64,000 nt of DNA from Calditrichia bacterium (GTDB lineage Bacteria > Calditrichota > Calditrichia > JAJRVZ01): the NCBI GenBank assembly GCA_963796965.1, contig CAWCNS010000011.1, forward strand, positions 672,001-736,000, given 5' to 3'. Below are positions 61,119-64,000 of this stretch, piece after piece (position 1 is the stretch's first letter; each line of letters starts with the position of its first letter). A program made the translations under genes and the position numbers. The notes beneath the pieces are model-generated. The model was not told the DNA's origin, did no database searches, and worked only from the letters and a program-made list of their open reading frames with translations.

Positions 61119-62852
61119 TTATAACTTTTGAGCCAGGATTACCGTTGTTTTTAATTCATGTAACGTACCCCGGCGATCGTTTAAAACCTGGATATAGACA
61201 ATATAAATTCCAATGCGAGCCCGTTTCCCAGAATCATCTTTTCCATCCCAGACGATATTGAACTGGCTGCCCGTAAATCTATTTTCCTTCAGACTTCTGA
61301 TCTTCCTTCCTCTCACATCAAATATCAGCACTCTAATTCTGCCACTTGTTTCAGGGATGCTACCAGTGATTAGGGTTCTATCATCGATGCCATCACCATC
61401 GGGAGAAAAAGGATCGGGCCTGGCTATTAGTTTTCCCCGAATCTGGGTTAAAGAGGAAAAAATGCTATTTCGGTATCCGGGTGTCGCATCCATTTCATCT
61501 ATGCTCGGACCCCAGTTCTCTGCAACATTCGCTGCCAAAATTGGATTGATCTTCTCCAGACTTGGATTTCTGAAAGCCTCCCCTTCCAACCAGTCTGACT
61601 CATAGATAATCCTCTCAATTTCATCACCATTTGGTGCGATAAGGCGAATTTCATCACCCTGATCATTAAAAGTAATAAATTTTTTTAAAAGAACTAAATG
61701 ATCTTCAGATATTTGATATTTGAGGGGCAGGGGTTTCTTCGAAATAACCATATATTCGGAAGGTGAAATATAAACCGAAGAGTCTATCAAGACCGTATCG
61801 TTCTTATCTGCAATTGACCATCCCTTCAAATACACCTCCTCTTGTCCTAGATTATAGAGTTCCAGCCACTCCGACTCATTTATGCCCTCAAGAAACTTAA
61901 TCTCATTGACAATCAAATCGCCCCCGCTATTCAACACTTCTAACGCTCGAACCAGTTTATCATTTTCAGTGTTTTGATCCTTATCAAATCGAAGTTCTAT
62001 GACTAGAAAATTGAGCCCCGTAGGAATATCAGTCCATTCAAATTCGATCACTTGTGCGAAAGTGAAGACTGTCTCCCTTCCGATTATCCTATCCTCTTCC
62101 TGGAAAATCGAATCATTATTCATATCAGAAAACACAAGTATTTCCATACTATCGGAGAGGGTAGCGGTGCCATATTGGTTGATTTGAACAGAAATTATTA
62201 CAGGCATTCCAGTATAAATTTTCTCCGGAAGCATCAAAGACAAGGCATCAAAACCAAAGTCATAAGGAATAGGAGAAACAGAATTTTGATAGCCTGGGGT
62301 CCCTCCATCCCTTTCACTGTCTGCCCAGTTATCAGGGTCGTTTGTACCATCAAGGTCTATTTTTTCATCTGACCGGCCAGGGATATTTCCAGTGGAATAG
62401 GAATAGAATGTCACGATATTTCCTGAGGAGTCCCTAAGTGTCAGATATTCCGAACCTGAATTTGACAATCCATTCTTACCAAAGGAGTTATCTGAAATGG
62501 TCAGGATTACAACACTATCAGGAATTATCTCATCATATATATTCGAATTTGTCAAATACGAACCATCAAGAATAATTGCATACGAGCGCGGGGGTATTTT
62601 CATACCACCCCTGATAGATACTATATTGTCGACACCTGCCTCGTCGCTAAATTGAAAACCACTCACATCAACTGAATCGGAAATGGAGCGATTAAATATT
62701 TCAATAAATTCATCATGATATTCATTGGTCGCAACATCATACATTATCTCTGAAAAAGTTAATTGAGCGAACGCAACCCTGAGAATGCATATGGGAAGAA
62801 TAATATAAAATTTAAATGACCAAAGCCCTTGCATAATATGAGCTTCATACAA
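61119..62852 (-). CDS. Secreted protein with two lamin-tail domains and a FlgD-Ig/CHU_C-like C-terminal domain
   Basis: FSEIMYD..DEFIEIFN...GTPGYQNS; VNEIKF..EWLELYN...ATPGYRNS; PDPFSPDGDGIDD..WDGKDDSG..IGIYIV. Confidence 0.8.
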   Translation of the reverse strand: MYEAHIMQGLWSFKFYIILPICILRVAFAQLTFSEIMYDVATNEYHDEFIEIFNRSISDSVDVSGFQFSDEAGVDNIVSIRGGMKIPPRSYAIILDGSYLTNSNIYDEIIPDSVVILTISDNSFGKNGLSNSGSEYLTLRDSSGNIVTFYSYSTGNIPGRSDEKIDLDGTNDPDNWADSERDGGTPGYQNSVSPIPYDFGFDALSLMLPEKIYTGMPVIISVQINQYGTATLSDSMEILVFSDMNNDSIFQEEDRIIGRETVFTFAQVIEFEWTDIPTGLNFLVIELRFDKDQNTENDKLVRALEVLNSGGDLIVNEIKFLEGINESEWLELYNLGQEEVYLKGWSIADKNDTVLIDSSVYISPSEYMVISKKPLPLKYQISEDHLVLLKKFITFNDQGDEIRLIAPNGDEIERIIYESDWLEGEAFRNPSLEKINPILAANVAENWGPSIDEMDATPGYRNSIFSSLTQIRGKLIARPDPFSPDGDGIDDRTLITGSIPETSGRIRVLIFDVRGRKIRSLKENRFTGSQFNIVWDGKDDSGKRARIGIYIVYIQVLNDRRGTLHELKTTVILAQKL

Positions 62853-63008
62853 AATCTATACCAAAAATTTTTGAGGACTTTCCTTTCCTCTCCGAATCAA
62901 ACAAATAATTTGCTTGCTATCGCAAATTCATTTTTATAGTTTCTTTTATAACGTGAAGGATACCGGGTCATGAGTGATGTATTCATCGATCATACCAAAG
63001 AGGCATAT

Positions 63009-63819
63009 ATGAAATTTTACATTCCCTTACTCATAATTTTTTTACTTACATCCTGCACTTCAACCCAAAAAGTGGCCGAATACAGAAATGCAGAATTCAG
63101 CAAGAGCAATTATTATGAGACTTTTAAATTTTGGCGGGAATTAGACATATGGAGATTCGAAGAGGATCTGTTAAACATAAAAATAGGAATTGTTCCTGAA
63201 AATCTATCCAATTTCAGATCTAAAAAGTCAATCATATTTACAGACCATTTATGATAGTATTCAGGTTTTGATCAAAGAAAAAGATGAAGCGTTCCGTGAA
63301 TTTAAAAAGGAATATTTTGACACGACCGAACAGGGGAAAACAAGTTTATTTAACTACCTGAGATCTGATAGCACTGACCTTCTCTTCTTGACCGAATTAA
63401 AAGATGATCCCTATAATGTTTTATATGAAGATATAAGAATAAGGACAACATCTGTCCTTCAAAAAACTTCATTTTATTTTTCGCAGAAAAATTTTGAAGA
63501 CTATATACAAAATCGCTCCTTCACTGTTTGTGAAGAGCGAGAACTCATTCAAATCTTTGGAAACAGTACCTTAACACCGGAGAGTATCTCCAAAAATCAT
63601 TGGCATCTATTGGCAGAACAAAAAGTAAGTTTCATAATAATGTTTACGATTAATTTTTCTGCGGATTACAGCGAGGAAGCAGGGGAACGAATCGGTTCTG
63701 AAATAATAGTGATGAAACTTTTGGATGTTTATTCCGGCAAAATAATTACATCTGCCGAGATTACACATTTTTGGGGGCACGATATGGAAGGTGTGATTAA
63801 ATCAAATGATGCTTCTTAA
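63009..63819 (+). CDS. Hypothetical lipoprotein (frameshift near 63200-63250)
   Basis: SD AGAGG, MKFYIPLLIIFLLTSC lipobox; ORFs 62970-63254 and 63190-63819 overlap in different frames. Confidence 0.55.
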
Positions 63820-63821
63820 TT

Positions 63822-64000
63822 TTAGGCCAGACCTTTACGCTTTCGAATCAACCATTCTGCAACAAGCAGAACAATTATCAGAACCAGCATCGGCCAGCGA
63901 TTCCAAAGTTCAATTGTCTTTTCCTCCGTCTTAATTTCAGACTTAAAATTTAACTGATTAATTAGTTGCTCCAACCGATCGACCGGCACATAATTTCCTC
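63822..64000 (-). CDS. 3' end of a membrane protein with a C-terminal EWxxRKRxGL anchor (vWA/GATase-like associated family), partial
   Basis: Read manually: GNYVPVDRLEQLINQL...IELWNRWPMLVLIIVLLVAEWLIRKRKGLA*. Confidence 0.65.
   Translation of the reverse strand, partial: GNYVPVDRLEQLINQLNFKSEIKTEEKTIELWNRWPMLVLIIVLLVAEWLIRKRKGLA

Noticed and set aside
1..64000. tRNA, rRNA, transposase, integrase, prophage or defence-system genes
   Set aside because: None were recognisable by eye; a covariance-model or HMM scan would be needed to exclude small RNAs.

Overview
AT-rich bacterial chromosome segment. Strong Shine-Dalgarno sites, canonical sigma70-type promoters and secreted proteins with PNPFNP-type C-terminal sorting domains suggest a Calditrichota/FCB-adjacent lineage (inference). 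From left to right it holds: a BatD-like protein, a TPR lipoprotein, a trans-sulfuration PLP enzyme, a large M36-like metallopeptidase and MoxR. Next come rlmN-adk and a 10-kb partner-switching cluster (FN3/beta-propeller lipoprotein, three GAF-PP2C phosphatases, STAS, RsbW-like kinase, REC-GAF-GGDEF diguanylate cyclase, no sigma factor). These are followed by upp-plsC-serS, a ~21-kb Wzx/Wzy polysaccharide locus with two unusual fusions to apparently inactive monotopic phosphoglycosyl transferase domains, and the yceD-rpmF-plsX-fabHDG-acpP-fabF-rnc cluster. A co-directional run of catabolic and substrate-level-phosphorylation genes follows (pruA, ArcE-like arginine synthetase, arcC, sucCD, ndk, hbd, ackA). 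The window ends with GNAT, lamin-tail and lipoprotein genes. More than 20 frameshifts, many in essential genes, point to long-read assembly indels rather than pseudogenes. Intergenic spaces carry three kinds of non-coding repeat: palindromes with 8-9 nt periodic arms, heptamer arrays abutting stop codons, and a ~21-bp twin mini-hairpin nested inside other repeats. No rRNA, tRNA, CRISPR array or transposase was seen.
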